64,000 nucleotides of DNA. Source: Octopus bimaculoides (Eukaryota). Positions 51,170 through 64,000 of this stretch are shown one piece after another (position 1 is the stretch's first letter; every line of letters starts with the position of its first letter). The notes beneath the pieces are model-generated. The model saw only the letters and a list, made by a program, of their open reading frames with translations. It was not told where the DNA came from and ran no database searches. The position numbers and the translations under genes are program-made. The stretch lies in the NCBI RefSeq assembly GCF_001194135.2, contig NC_068987.1:3819993-3883992 (forward strand), written 5' to 3'.

Positions 51170-51500
51170 TGGTAAATGCCGCAGAATGCAATTTGCTTTA
51201 CTTTTGGAAGAATAACCTATTTTTAACTTTCAGTTCATTAACGTGCTGGTATTTCATTCTCTGGCATGAGAACTCCTATAACAGCATTAAAAGACATTTA
51301 GTTGAGCACAACCAATCGTTTATGTTCTCATTAAGATCTCTGGCAGCGTCTTCATTCAGTTTTGTTTCAAAGTACACACAAGAAGCGATAGATTCAAAGA
51401 CAATCCTTTCATTAGCGGACGTTGTCGGCGAAGACCAACTCGCCAGAGACCGCTCCTGCTTCTATGATGCAAAATTCTTGTTTAAAATCTTCTGATTTTA
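51170..51500 (-). mobile_element. Possible hAT transposase C-terminal remnant
   Basis: SSPTTSANERIVFES...LNENINDWL resembles the hAT dimerisation motif P.TSA..ER.FS. Confidence 0.35.
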
Positions 51501-53871
51501 AAGGTTCCACTAAAATTTCTCTTTAATTTATGTTCCAACTTGATAATGACGGTTATTTCACTAAATTCTACTTTATTTTCAAAATTAATTGAAATACAGC
51601 CAGTATATCTCCATAGCGATATGGTAACAAAAGGGAATGGACATAGAAAAAAATGGCTCAAAAAATTATAACGGGTTCTATATGCAAAGTGAGGCCGACC
51701 TCCCATAAGCTAATTTTCCTTTTAATGAACTAAAAACTTTTTTCCTGATAATACGCTGCTGAAATTGGGAGGCGTGTTTTAATGTTATCAAATACTGTAA
51801 ACTAGTTCTAAGCTCTTCGTGTTTTTACTAGCTTCCTTCGTATATCAGGCTGTTGACAACTTGGTGGGTATTTTATCGTTTTCACTTTTAACTAATTTCA
51901 GTTTTTTCTTTAAGACTTCAGCAATAAGAATTTTTAGGCATAACTACGGTTTGGTGCCCTTCTCTCTAGTCCTTCTTTTCTTTTCTTTTTTTTTCTCTCT
52001 GGCTGTTTCCTGAGAAATTTAATGAAAAAGGAGACGGAATAGGATTGAGGACAAAAATGGGGAAAATAATATTTGGTGGGGCAGAAATAGTGAAAATTTG
52101 CAGGAAAAAGGCAAAAATTGGGGAAAGAGAGCAAAAAGGAAAATAAATTGCATTTTTTGGTCAAAAACTTATTTTAGAGAAGGAAAGCACCCCCAATTGC
52201 TTGCCCTTTTCCTTCTCCATGAGGTAGTGTTAGCTATTCCAGTAAGTCCACCTGTCTCAAAAGATGGGTGGGATAATAAAAATCAGCCAATTTTTTCTAA
52301 TTTAAAACACAAAATTTCTTGCAGAAACTGAAAATAATTTTTTTTTTCTCCCCCAAAAATTTTCAACTAGTTTCACAATTTTTGACGCCTCCATTCTTTT
52401 AGAATGTGCAACTGGCCATCAGGTGTAACAAAGAAAATGTGAGTGTGGGAAGAGGACTTGTATGTCCAACATGTTTATTTAATTGTAGTTCTTGATAGTA
52501 TTGTTTTATAATGTGAAAGTTTTTTTTTTATCTCATTTACCACATTAGACTCTGAGCAAAGACTGTGTCAACAGGCTTTGTAGATAAGTGCAAGGAAGTT
52601 GTGTGAATTCATTCATAATAAAATGTTCATAGTTTACAACCAATCACAAATTTATGAGACAAAAATACAACCAAGATAAATAATTACTCTAATTTATAGT
52701 TAATAATTGCAGCTTTACACAAATAAATGTGTGTGTGTGTGTGTGTTTATAGACACACGCACACATTCCTTCAATCAGGAACTTTTTGATATCTTTATGT
52801 TATGTCTTTTACTTGTAGAATGCAACCATACTGGGGCACTGCCTTAAAGAATTTTATTCAGATAAATCAACTCCATTACTTTATTAGTTTTTTTTAACCG
52901 TTTACGCCTGGCACTTATTGTATTGGTCTTTTTTGCCGAACTACTAAGTCATGAGTATATAAACACACCAACACCACTTGTCAGGCAGTGGTGGAACACA
53001 CACACACACACATATGATGGGCTTCTTTTAGCTTCCATCTACCAAATCCATTCATATGGCTTTGGTTGACCCAGGGCTATAGTAAAAGACATTTGAATAA
53101 GGTGTTGCACAGTAGAGTGTCACAGTGAGCCTCTTACTCCACAGACCTGCATGTCCCACCATATATGTGCGTGTGTCTGTGTTTTATAGATGGGACTAAG
53201 CAACATCTTGTATTTAACCTCATTGTCTCTTAGGGATCAACTTTGTAAAACTTTTTGCATCAACCTCAGTATATGACAGATATTTTATTTTATTGACCTC
53301 TGAGAAGAAAAAAAAGCAAAATTGACCATAGCAAGATTTGAATTCTTTGAATTAAGAAATTATATTTACTGTCTGTTCTATGCTATTCTATAATCTTTTA
53401 TCTTTTACTTGTTTCAGTCACTAGACTGTAGTCAAGGTGGGACACACACACACATATATGAATAGGACATCCAGCTGTAGAAACTATGCCAAAACAAGAC
53501 CTGGAGCCCATGCAGCTCTTCAGCCGACAGCTCCTGTCAAACCGTCCAACCCATGCCAGCATGGAAAATGGACATTAAATGATGATATATGTATATAGGA
53601 AAAGGCCTAAATAATGGGATTTACACATGTAAAGCTCATTATTTATCCCTTTTCTTGCATATCACTCTGTGTAAGAGGGACCCGATTTAACTGGGGAATG
53701 CGACCATGGATTTACAAAATTAACTGATGATGGACTTCGACTTTGGACCTTGCCTTAGGATTATTTGGAATTTTATACCAATCACAGAACCTTTTGTTAG
53801 TCTGGTGTATTTGTATGTTTGCAGAGAGCTTAAGAAAGAAGTGTCTTGTCCAGATTGAAATCCCTTATAAA

Positions 53872-53910
<39 letters not shown>

Positions 53911-56900
53911 CAAGCTTCCACACAGTTTCTGACCATCAAATTCACATACAAGGCATGGGACTGAAACCTTTAACTTCTTGGTTGCAAAGTGAGCTTGTTA
54001 ATCACACACAGCCATGGCTGTGCTTGTTTATAACCTTTTTATAATCCTTAAACCACTAAACATTGCCTTACTCTATCTCACCTGCAATATTTTCACAAAC
54101 CATTCGCAAATAATGACAATGTTGTTCAATGTTTCCAGTTAGATAACTCGTTGAGAATGGTCTGATTCAATAGCACCAGATCTGTTTACTATCTGAAATT
54201 GCGCCCCATGTATCTAAGGGCTGAGAGAGGTTAAGCAAGCTGTAAATATAAAAGCAAGGCAGGCGGGGTAGAGGCAGATGGAAATGAAAACCTTTTATTT
54301 TTTTGAGGGAAGGGGGATTCAAGCAAACAAAAGGGAAGTGTTTTAGGCAGATGTAAAGGAGTTTCTAAAATAATATCTAAGTATTATGTCACGTCACTGA
54401 AGACTGTTTTTTTGGAGGGGCTTTGGTTGGTAAACAACAGCTGTTAACATTTTGTTAAATAAGACAAAAATATTCTATAAATAGACAAAACTAATATTTT
54501 GCAAGTATTTGTTCATTGTTTGCTACAATGTAAATGAAATAACATAATTCATTTGAGAACATTTACAATTTCTCTTTTTGTTTTTTGTTGAAATTTTTCT
54601 CTTTTCAAAAGTTAAAACAAACATGTGTTACAAGGTTTCGGTTAATTCTTCAAAAGTTAGTGGAGACAGGAATTCATTTAAAGACAATTTTAAAACTTTC
54701 AGTTTTCCAACTTTTTCAGAAAGATCAATTTTATGAACAAATTTACTAAACTAATCTTTCCAAATGTACTTTAGTCTTGTGGGTGAGAATCAGCCATCTT
54801 CTCATGGTTCTTCCTTCTAGCAAAGAAAGAGAAAATCTTATGACTGTATGGTTTTCTTAAAAGACAATTGGAAGGATAAAGGAGCAGAAAGCTAAGTTTT
54901 ATTCAGAAAACAAAAAGAATAAGCATTTTTAAGACTTATCTTATAGATGCAGGCTTGGTTGTGTGGTTAAGGACCTTGCTTTCCAACCATGTGGTCTCAG
55001 GTTCAGTCCCACTGTGAGGCACCTTGGGTAAGTGCCTTCTACCATAGCCTTGTGAATGGATTTGTTTGACAGAAACTGAAATAAGTCTACAGTATGTATG
55101 TATGTGTATATATATAGTGTATGTGTTTGTCTGTTTGTCCCCTTGTCTTGGCATTTCATGATGACTAAATGAGTATTGCCATAACCCACCTGAAAATGGC
55201 CCTAGCTCTATGATACAAACAGTTCTCTCTTTTAAAGTGATCTGAAGCCTTCCACCAAAATTCCATGTTAATTTATATTCCAAATCTTCATTATTTATTA
55301 AAAAAATTACTGAAATAAAATCAGTGCCCGGAGTGGACTGCTCCCTTCTATCTATACTACTGTTTGGAGTGGAAGCGCAATGGTCTGGTGGTTAGGGCAG
55401 TGTACTCGCTGTTTCGATTCCCAGACCGGGCGTTGTGTTAACTGAGCGAAAAGCACCTAAAGCTCCACGAGGCTCCGGCAGAAGGTGGTGGCAAACCCTG
55501 CTGTACTCTTTCACTACAACTTTCTCTCACTCTCTCTTCCTGTTTCTGTTGTACCTGTATTTCAAAGGGGCCAGCTTTGTCACACTCTGTCACGCTGAAT
55601 CTCCCCAAGAACTACGTTAAGGGTACACGTGACTGTGGAGTGCTCAGCCACTTGCATGTTAATTTCACGAGCATGCTGTTCCATTGATAGGATCAACTGG
55701 AACCCTCGACGTCGTAACCGACGGAGTACCATGATAACTGTCTAGAAAACCTGCCAAACATGGACATACAAGTGAGATATGGTTCCCAAACCATCTAAGG
55801 AGTGGAGCAGTAATTCCAAAGAACTGACTTGACCTCCCCATTGCAAGAATGGCAAATTGAATAACGATGATGATGATTTCCCAATGCCTACATAGAAAAG
55901 CAGACTTAAAACGACGTTGTATTGGCTCACCTGCTTCATTTTGTTTCTACACTTTTGTTGCTAGAACGTGCTGGAATGCAAGACAAACAGCCACGGCTGT
56001 GATCAGTGTTCTCTAAAATGGGAAGCTATGCAAAAGAATGTATTTATAGAGCATCAAGGGAAAAAGACAAAAAGAACATAGAATCAACATCCAAAGCTTG
56101 TTCTATTTTTGGAGGGTTTTTTGTTAAAGTTATGGTTTGGCTGTGTGGTTAAGAAACTTGCTTCCTAACCATGTGGTTTTGGGTTCAGTCCCACTGTGCA
56201 GCACCTTGGGCAAGTGTCTTCTACTATAATTTGTGTGTGTGTGCCCTTGTCTTGACATCATGTGGTAGTTGTAAACCAGTGATATTTGTTCCCAGTTTTT
56301 CAAGAAACCCGTCTGACCATGAGGAAATATTAATCTTGCTTGAAAAGATGGTGAGGGTTGGCAACAGGAAGGGCATCCAGCTGTAGCAAATCTGCCTCAA
56401 AATTCCATCCAACCCATGCAAGGATGGACAAGTGGACATTATTAGATGATGAGGATGATGTTAGTCTTACTACATAAGTACCATTAATTAGATTTTATTT
56501 TTCATCTTCAGTATACTGTGGTGGCACTAACTTATTTTCCTTGCAGATGACAGCCCTGGGTAATTGTCTGCCCTTAATATATTTCTGGTATTTCTTGACT
56601 TTGGTTGGGGTTTTGAAGGTAACATTAAAGGAGCTAACTACATCATTATCATCAGTTAATGTCCGTTTCCCATTCTGGCAGGGGTCAGATGGTTTGGTAA
56701 GAGCTGGCAAGGCCAGGAGATACACTAGATTCCATTGTCTGTTTTGGCATGGCTTCTACAGTTGGATGCCCTTCTTAATGCCAACCACTTTACAGAGTGG
56801 ACTGGATGTTTTTTTACATGGCCCCAACACCAGTGCTTTTTATGTAGCACCAGTACTGACAGGGTCACCAAATACCTTGTATGACCAAAAAAAAAAACCC

Positions 56901-58859
56901 TCGACTGGGTGAGCAGGGGGTGACTTTGTCCCAGTTGCGAGATTTAAGGTTTAGAAGGGAGAAATATAGGTATCTTGCTAAAGAGTAGATACATGGCTGC
57001 CCCAGTTGGAAAACAAAAAAAAATGAGTTTGCGATAAAGACAGTGATAAGTGAGAGAAATGATGGTGGAGATGCCTGAACCTTCCCTCAAGGGACAATTG
57101 GGGGTGGTGAGAATAAGTGAGGGGATATAGAGGCTTGGGTTGGATGAGGGGGTAGGATGAAGTGACTACATAACTCCATATAATAACCCCTTTTAAATTT
57201 GTTCCTGCCTTGTATGTCCTGCTTCAGTTGAGATTTATCAGAGTAAATGGAACCAGATACCCCAGGGCAGATATTTATTGTAAAAATAACTTTAAATGAG
57301 TGACTGGTCGTGAATAATATTAAGACAGGTAAGAAGAATTTAGGCTTTGCAAGAAAAAATTTTTCTTACAAGAAAACAACAGAATTTTTTAAGTGTCAGA
57401 ATGCCAAAATTAGAATTGGCACGCTACTTTAATTCTCCCACTTCTCGCTTCTTTTGCTGCATTTTTTTTTTTGTCTTTTCTTTCTTTTTTGTTTTTGAAG
57501 GAAATCTAACATTTCTTCATGACTAATTTCATTGTTGTTTGACGTTGTTCACGGTTTATATCTATTATGCCAAGTGTGAGTGTGCATGCGTGAGTGAGTG
57601 AGCAAGTGAGTGTGAGTGAGCGCAATTAAGCTAAATCTGTAATATTGATTCTCTTATTTGAAGTTGTCCTTATTGTTGTGTTTGGCAAACCTTATACAGA
57701 ATCTAGAATTGGTTAGTTCTTTCACTTGTTTTAGTCATTGGACTGCAGCCATGCTGGAGCACCACCTTGAAGGGTTTAGTCAAACAAGTTAACTCCAATA
57801 CTAGTTTTTTCATTTAAGTCTGGTACTTGTCTGTCTTTGCCAAAGTGTTAAGATATAGGGGGTGGGGCATAAACAAACCAACACTAGTTGCCAAGTGGTG
57901 AGGGGACACACGCAAATACATTTATGATCAGCTTCCACAAAGTTTCTGTCTACGAAATTCACTCTCAAAGCATTGGTTAGCCCAGGGTTTGCTCTAGGTG
58001 CCACACAGTGAGACTGAACCCCAAACCACAGAGTTGCAAAACAAGCTTCTTAACCACTCAGTCATGCCTTAAAATATTCACCATCTGCAGTATGAATAAC
58101 TTAAACCAGCTGCTGCTAATTATGAAATAAATTAATAACTTGTGTGTTTTATTTATAGATTTCTAAGATTTCATCATTGCATGCTTTATGATTCTTTTAA
58201 TAAAATTCTTTTAAGAAGAAAACCGAACTGGTTTGGTATGTTGTTAATTAATCCAAGTCAGCAAATGCTTTGGTGTATTTTACAGATCCAGTCTGACAGA
58301 TCTGCTATTCCTCAGCCTACTTATACAGAATGGTTTACCATTTAGATGCAGTTTGGCAATCTGCAGAGGCTGCATATTCTTTCCCTGCCTCGTACTTTTG
58401 TTGTTCTTATTTGGCACCGTGACTGTCTGGTTAAGAAGCTTGCTTCCCAATCCCTTAGTTCCAGGTTCAGTTCCACTGTGTGGTACCATAGGCAAATGTC
58501 TTACTACAGCCCCAGGATGACCAAAGCCTTGGGAGTGGATTTGATGGCTGGAAACTGAAAGAAGCTTGTTATATATGTGTGTATATAGTCCGTGGGGATT
58601 GCTTACTTGGATACTGTTTGGTTTTTCTTCATACGTAAAAGGCACCTGTGCTAGTGACATATAAAAGGCACCCAGTGCACTCTGTAGAGTGGTTGGCATT
58701 AGGAAGGGCATCCAGCCATAGAAACCAAACCAAAACAGACAACTGGAGTCTGGTACAACTTTCCAGTTTGTCAGCTCCAGTCAAACCATCTAACCCATAC
58801 CAGCATGGAAAGCAGATGTTAAATGATGATGTTGATGTCACCAGTTTTGGGGCTGTTTT

Positions 58860-58895
58860 ATGAGCTCCACATGAGCTCCACATGAGCTCCACATG
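58860..58895 (+). repeat. 11-bp tandem repeat (atgagctccac) x3
   Basis: Direct inspection. Confidence 0.92.
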
Positions 58896-59664
58896 TGAAT
58901 TGGTTGGCGGCCAAGTGAGTGTCTGTATCTGCTCTGTACTGTATAAGTACCTCAAGCGATTACCAAAGGTACCTCAAACAATTACCAAAAGCATGGTACA
59001 TGTTGCTGAGCCACACTAACCTGTTTGTGAGTGATGGCTGGCTGTGTTTAGGATTTGAAGATTAACGAGATTACTGATGATTATGTTATCTCTATCTTTC
59101 TACTTTTTGTGTTTGTCTGAACTAGGTGTATACGATTATACAGTCATCATCATCATCGTCATCATCGCTTAATGTCTGTTTTCCATGCTGGCATGGATTG
59201 GACGGTGTGACTGAGGTCTGGAGAGCCAGCGGCTGCACCAGGTATCAGTCTGATCTAGCAGTGTTACTACAGCTGGATGCCCTTCCTAATGCTAACCACT
59301 CCGAGAATGTAGTGGGTGCTTTTTATTTGTCACCGGCAAAGGAGCCAATCAGGTGACCTGACATCGATCACATTCAGGTAGTGCTTTTTACATACCACCA
59401 GCGCGGGGGTCAGTCAGTTGGTACTGGCATCAGCCACGCTCAGTTGGTGCTTTTTACGTGCCACTGGCACGAGAGCCAGTCAGTGTTATATTTAATGTTC
59501 TGGATGTTATTCAGAGATGATTCAACATGTGGACACGTCTAGTACTGTTAGGGTTACAGTCATAATTGTAACAAACTCACTCACGTGTTGTCCATTTGGT
59601 CTTTCAATTTGCAGGTAAAGTCTATGCAGCAACTAGTGTTTTTATGCAAAGTACACTAGGCGCA

Positions 59665-59820
59665 GGCATGGCTGTGTGGTAAGTAGCTTGCTTACCAACC
59701 ACATGGTTCCGGGTTCAGTCCCACTGCATGGCACCTTGGGCAAGTGTCTTCTACTATAGCCTCAGGCCAACCAAAGCCTTGTGAGTGGATTTGGTAGATG
59801 GAAACTGAAAGAAGACCATC
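59665..59820 (+). mobile_element. tRNA-derived SINE family 1, well-preserved representative
   Basis: ggctgtgtggtaagtagcttgcttaccaaccacatggttccgggttcagtcccactg...gaaactgaaagaag. Further copies near 1918, 3777, 6295, 9040, 10596, 25010, 25845, 34508, 37085, 37192, 37780, 53020, 53900, 54950, 56138, 57935, 58420, 62330 and 62613. Confidence 0.9.
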
Positions 59821-60389
59821 GTATATATATANNNNNNNNNNNNNNNNNNNNNNNNNNNNNNNNNNNNNNNNNNNNNNNNNNNNNNNNNNNNNNNNNNNNN
59901 NNNNNNNNNNNNNNNNNNNNNNNNNNNNNNNNNNNNNNNNNNNNNNNNNNNNNNNNNNNNNNNNNNNNNNNNNNNNNNNNNNNNNNNNNNNNNNNNNNNN
60001 NNNNNNNNNNNNNNNNNNNNNNNNNNNNNNNNNNNNNNNNNNNNNNNNNNNNNNNNNNNNNNNNNNNNNNNNNNNNNNNNNNNNNNNNNNNNNNNNNNNN
60101 NNNNNNNNNNNNNNNNNNNNNNNNNNNNNNNNNNNNNNNNNNNNNNNNNNNNNNNNNNNNNNNTATTACTTGTTATGGAAAAATTTTCAAGATCTAAACT
60201 ATTTTTTTCGTAAGATGGCAGTTGCTCTTTCTGTTAGTTTAAGTGGGATGCCTATGAGAAAGTGCTCTTGGAATTTCTGCATTTTTTATACTTTCTTTTT
60301 CTGGGTTTCCTCTCAGCTACAAACGTAATAGAGTTGCTAGTGGTTTTTTTTTTGTTTTTTGTTTTTTGTTGTCTTCTGTTTGATTTTGA

Positions 60390-60720
60390 CATTCTCTGGT
60401 GTAACTGGTAGGAGTACTTCTTAGTTTATTTGTATAGAGACAGGTTTCTAGGTGGTTGGTTAGGGTTAGTGATTGAGCGTGTTCTGTCTGAGCGATGGTG
60501 AGAGGACGCCTGCTGCGTGTAAGGCTTTGTACATATTTCTATTAAGAGTGAATGAAGGTTGTACAGGTATGAATTAAAAAGCGTGGGTGTGACAGCTACC
60601 CAACCAGTCAGCAGTTTGTGTTGTTTGTTAAGGTACCATTGCTATGTGTTTTGTTTTTTAAGTAAGGTATGAAGTCGGAAGGTTTTCGCTGATGTCGCAG
60701 AAATAGTTTATAGCTGAAAC
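60390..60720 (-). mobile_element. LINE reverse transcriptase remnant
   Basis: TPTLFNSYLYNL and LTNHLETCLYTNKL motifs, frameshifted. Confidence 0.45.
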
Positions 60721-61629
60721 AGCTAAACACCTTTGTTTTATAAATTAAAATTACAATTACATAAAATTACATATTCACAGCTGTAACCTACACCAGTCTT
60801 GCATAACCAGCCCACTCAAAAGTACCTTGGATTGTAGGGTGACATGCCGTGCTTGAGGAGACCTATTGCGTCAAGTACATCAAAATGAAATCAAATCACA
60901 ATCAAATGGAAATTGTAGTTGTGATCCCCGTGCTGGTGGCACGTAAAAAGCATCATCCGAACGTGGCCGATGCCAGTGCTGCTTTGACTGGCTTCTGTAC
61001 CGCTGGCACATAAAAAGCACCCATTACNNNNNNNNNNNNNNNNNNNNNNNNNNNNNNNNNNNNNNNNNNNNNNNNNNNNNNNNNNNNNNNNNNNNNNNNN
61101 NNNNNNNNNNNNNNNNNNNNNNNNNNNNNNNNNNNNNNNNNNNNNNNNNNNNNNNNNNNNNNNNNNNNNNNNNNNNNNNNNNNNNNNNNNNNNNNNNNNN
61201 NNNNNNNNNNNNNNNNNNNNNNNNNNNNNNNNNNNNNNNNNNNNNNNNNNNNNNNNNNNNNNNNNNNNNNNNNNNNNNNNNNNNNNNNNNNNNNNNNNNN
61301 NNNNNNNNNNNNNNNNNNNNNNNNNNNNNNNNNNNNNNNNNNNNNNNNNNNNNNNNNNNNNNNNNNNNNNNNNNNNNNNNNNNNNNNNNNNNNNNNNNNN
61401 NNNNNNNNNNNNNNNNNNNNNNNNNNNNNNNNNNNNNNNNNNNNNNNNNNNNNNNNNNNNNNNNNNNNNNNNNNNNNNNNNNNNNNNNNNNNNNNNNNNN
61501 NNNNNNNNNNNNNNNNNNNNNNNNNNNNNNNNNNNNNNNNNNNNNNNNNNNNNNNNNNNNNNNNNNNNNNNNNNNNNNNNNNNNNATATTAGAAAGATTG
61601 AAAATCACTGGTCTAGGTTTTATGTGGAT

Positions 61630-61775
61630 GATGATGATGGCTGTGGAAAGTTGGGGAGGAATAAAGGGTCACCTTATAACGTAAGAGTTGGTGTTGTTGT
61701 ACATGGCAGCAATTAGATTGAGTCATTGATGTCTAGAAGGAAGAGTAGTGGGAACAAAAACCAAACCCTGGGGTG
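61630..61775 (-). mobile_element. CR1/L2-like RT remnant
   Basis: PQG.V..PLLFLLDIND motif, with a frameshift. Confidence 0.5.
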
Positions 61776-63084
61776 GGGGCAGACCAAATAATATATTTTC
61801 ATTTCATTTTATCTAGTTTCAGCTCATGAGCTGTGGCCATGCTGGGGCACTGCCATTTATGTTTATTGTCTTTCTGTGGTGTCCAACGATTTTACACTGT
61901 ATTCTTCATAAGGTGTACACCCAACACTACTGGACATGAGGAAGGGATATACCAGGAGAAAACCTCTGAGAGCCCCTGTTATACAGCTCAGACCTGTAAA
62001 CTAATGGTTTAAACATTATTAGCTCTGTCCTTCAGCTCTTGTTCAAATAATTAAGATAATATTAGTCATTGAATTAATACTACCTTTTCCTCACTGCATA
62101 ATTATTTTTGTCTAATTAGTTTGTCCATGCTAACTCTGTTAATTATGTTAACACTAACTTAACTAGGTCAGTTATGCTGGTGGTAAAACCTTTTCGAAAA
62201 GCACAATAAATTTTCTTAATTTCTCTTCTAAAAACCTTGCACTGCTTAGCCTTTTGCCACTCCACCGCCTCCTGTCTTTTCGCTTAGTTTTGATTATCGC
62301 TAGCTTTCTTCTCTTTTGAAGATAGACATAGCTATGTGGTTAAAAAGTTCACTCTGCAGCCTCGTGGTTCTAGGTTTAATTCCTGCCATGTGGTACCTTG
62401 GGCAACAGATCTTTAAGAGTAGCTTTGGAAATTGTGCAGAAGCCTGTCCTGTAAAACTGACTTTTGGTTTGATAATGACCACTGGGGTTTATATGATCAG
62501 CTAAAAGTTTTTGATGGTTCTGCTCCAGCTTGGGCACCACCTTCAAAGTCTAGTGACTGAAACCAATAAAAAAAAAAAGGTTTTAAATTGATTGTATGAA
62601 AAAACACAGGAGTGGCTGTGTGGTAAGTAGCTTGCTTGCCAACCACATGGTTCTGGGTTCATTCCCACTGCGTGACATCTTGGACAAGTGTCTCCTACTA
62701 TAGCCGCAGGCCAATCAAAGCCTTGTGAGTGGATTTGGTAGATGGAAACTGAAAGAAATCCATCATATATGTGTGTGTCTGTCTGTCACCCCACCATCGC
62801 TTGACACTCAATGTTGGTGTGTTCACGTCCCCATAACTTAATGGTTCATCAAAAAGAGACTGATAGAATAAGTACTAGGCTTACAAAGAATAAGTCATGG
62901 GGGTTGATTTGTTCGACTAAAGGTGGTGCTCCAGCATGGCTGCAGTTAAATGACTGAAACATAAAAAAAAAAAAGTAATTCAGATTTTTTCTTTATTTAA
63001 TCCAGGGAAGCCAACACACGAAACTCTTGGCTTTTGAGTCACTCTGTGAATTCTGCTGATTAAATAAATAAATAAATATAAATG

Positions 63085-63156
63085 GCTGTGATTGTCTGAT
63101 GGCCAGGACCCCATGTTGTGGCTGTGGTAACCCGGGTTCAAATCCTGGATATAGCA
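63085..63156 (+). pseudogene. tRNA-His(GTG) pseudogene, CpG-decayed
   Basis: 72-nt cloverleaf GCTGTGA..GTCT/AGGAC..CCATG-TTGTGGC-TGTGG..CCGGG-TTCAAAT-CCTGG-ATATAGC-A, very close to the invertebrate tRNA-His sequence as I recall it. Multiple G-T pairs, an A-A mismatch in the acceptor stem and no T4 terminator. Confidence 0.8.
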
Positions 63157-63217
63157 GTCCAACTTTCGCTGGGTCATGATTATAGCTCTTGGGCTGGAAC
63201 ACATAAAAGAATATATA

Positions 63218-63382
63218 CTGTATTTTAATGTGCATAAGGAACCCCTAATTTCGAGGGGTGCTTAAAATTTTGGAAAAAAGGGTTTTGTAAGGGATTCTTA
63301 TACTATCCACATATAAGAACCTCCCATATTTTTTTAACCTAATTTTTGACAAAAAAGGGTTCGTTATACACATTAAAATACG
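63218..63382. mobile_element. Tc1/mariner(pogo)-type MITE
   Basis: TIRs CTGTATTTTAATGTGCATAAGGAACCC / GGGTTCGTTATACACATTAAAATACG, with TA at the left end. Confidence 0.7.
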
Positions 63383-63928
63383 ATGTCTGTGTGTGCGTTT
63401 ATATATATATTTATACACACACACACACACACACACATATCTGCTTTTTGTTTGTGAAGACATACCTTACTTTGTCCACAAATTTCAATTTTATTGACTA
63501 GCCGGAGCTGCTCTACAGTCATATATAACATAGCCATGGAGAAAGAAGAGAGAAATATTGCACTATAAGTCTCCATCATATTTACACTGCTAAATGTAAT
63601 AATGTTACCCCCTCCTTTTTTTTTAAATTTTGTTTCTCTCCTGAGTGATCTGTGTTTTGGGGGGTTTTTTGTAGTCTTTTGTAATTTTTCAATGCACTGA
63701 AAGCAAATAAGGAAATTGTCACCATCACCATCGTACAATGTTTTAATCCTCTTTTCAGCTCACTTTCACTGAGTAATCTGTTTTGTTTTTTTCTTTTTTG
63801 TCTTTGAAAAAGAAAGGAAGAGAGAGAAAAAAACACTCTACAGCAGATTTTAATCTCTGCTGCTGTATTAATCTATTTAGGTTAATATCTTTGTGTACAT
63901 GTTAGCTTTCCTTACCTGGAAGGAATTT

Positions 63929-63970
<42 letters not shown>

Positions 63971-64000
63971 TGTGGAGTGCAAGGATGCTGATTGGACAAT

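Overview
AT-rich, repeat-dense eukaryotic DNA with many N gaps and microsatellites. The SINE families look like those of octopus (cephalopod; inference). There are no prokaryotic features or CRISPR arrays. Four conserved genes form two head-to-head pairs. Pair 1: COX18 (minus strand, five coding exons recovered at 23005-28340, start exon unresolved) and TMEM186 (plus strand, single coding exon 38596-39333). Pair 2: an intronless glucosamine-6-phosphate deaminase GNPDA (minus, 45883-46692) and myotrophin MTPN (plus, exon 1 at 47169-47237, missed by the ORF track), with start codons 476 bp apart. The rest is SINEs, MITEs, a CpG-decayed tRNA-His pseudogene and fossil fragments of Tx1/L1, RTE, CR1/L2, RLE-type (R4/NeSL-like), Penelope, Helitron, hAT and Merlin/IS1595-like elements. 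The most interesting signals are RNA-level. One is a tRNA-headed (Pol III box A/B) element carrying a Penelope-type minimal hammerhead ribozyme and an inverted terminal copy (20840-21171), with a TSD-flanked remnant of the same family at 45313-45376. The other is a ~300-bp palindrome whose two arms each encode a type I hammerhead ribozyme (15252-15560). A chain of unassigned candidate exons lies at 4.8-19.6 kb. All structures were folded by eye and all family calls come from remembered motifs; no searches were run. Most ORF-track entries are artefacts of N runs, microsatellites or SINEs.
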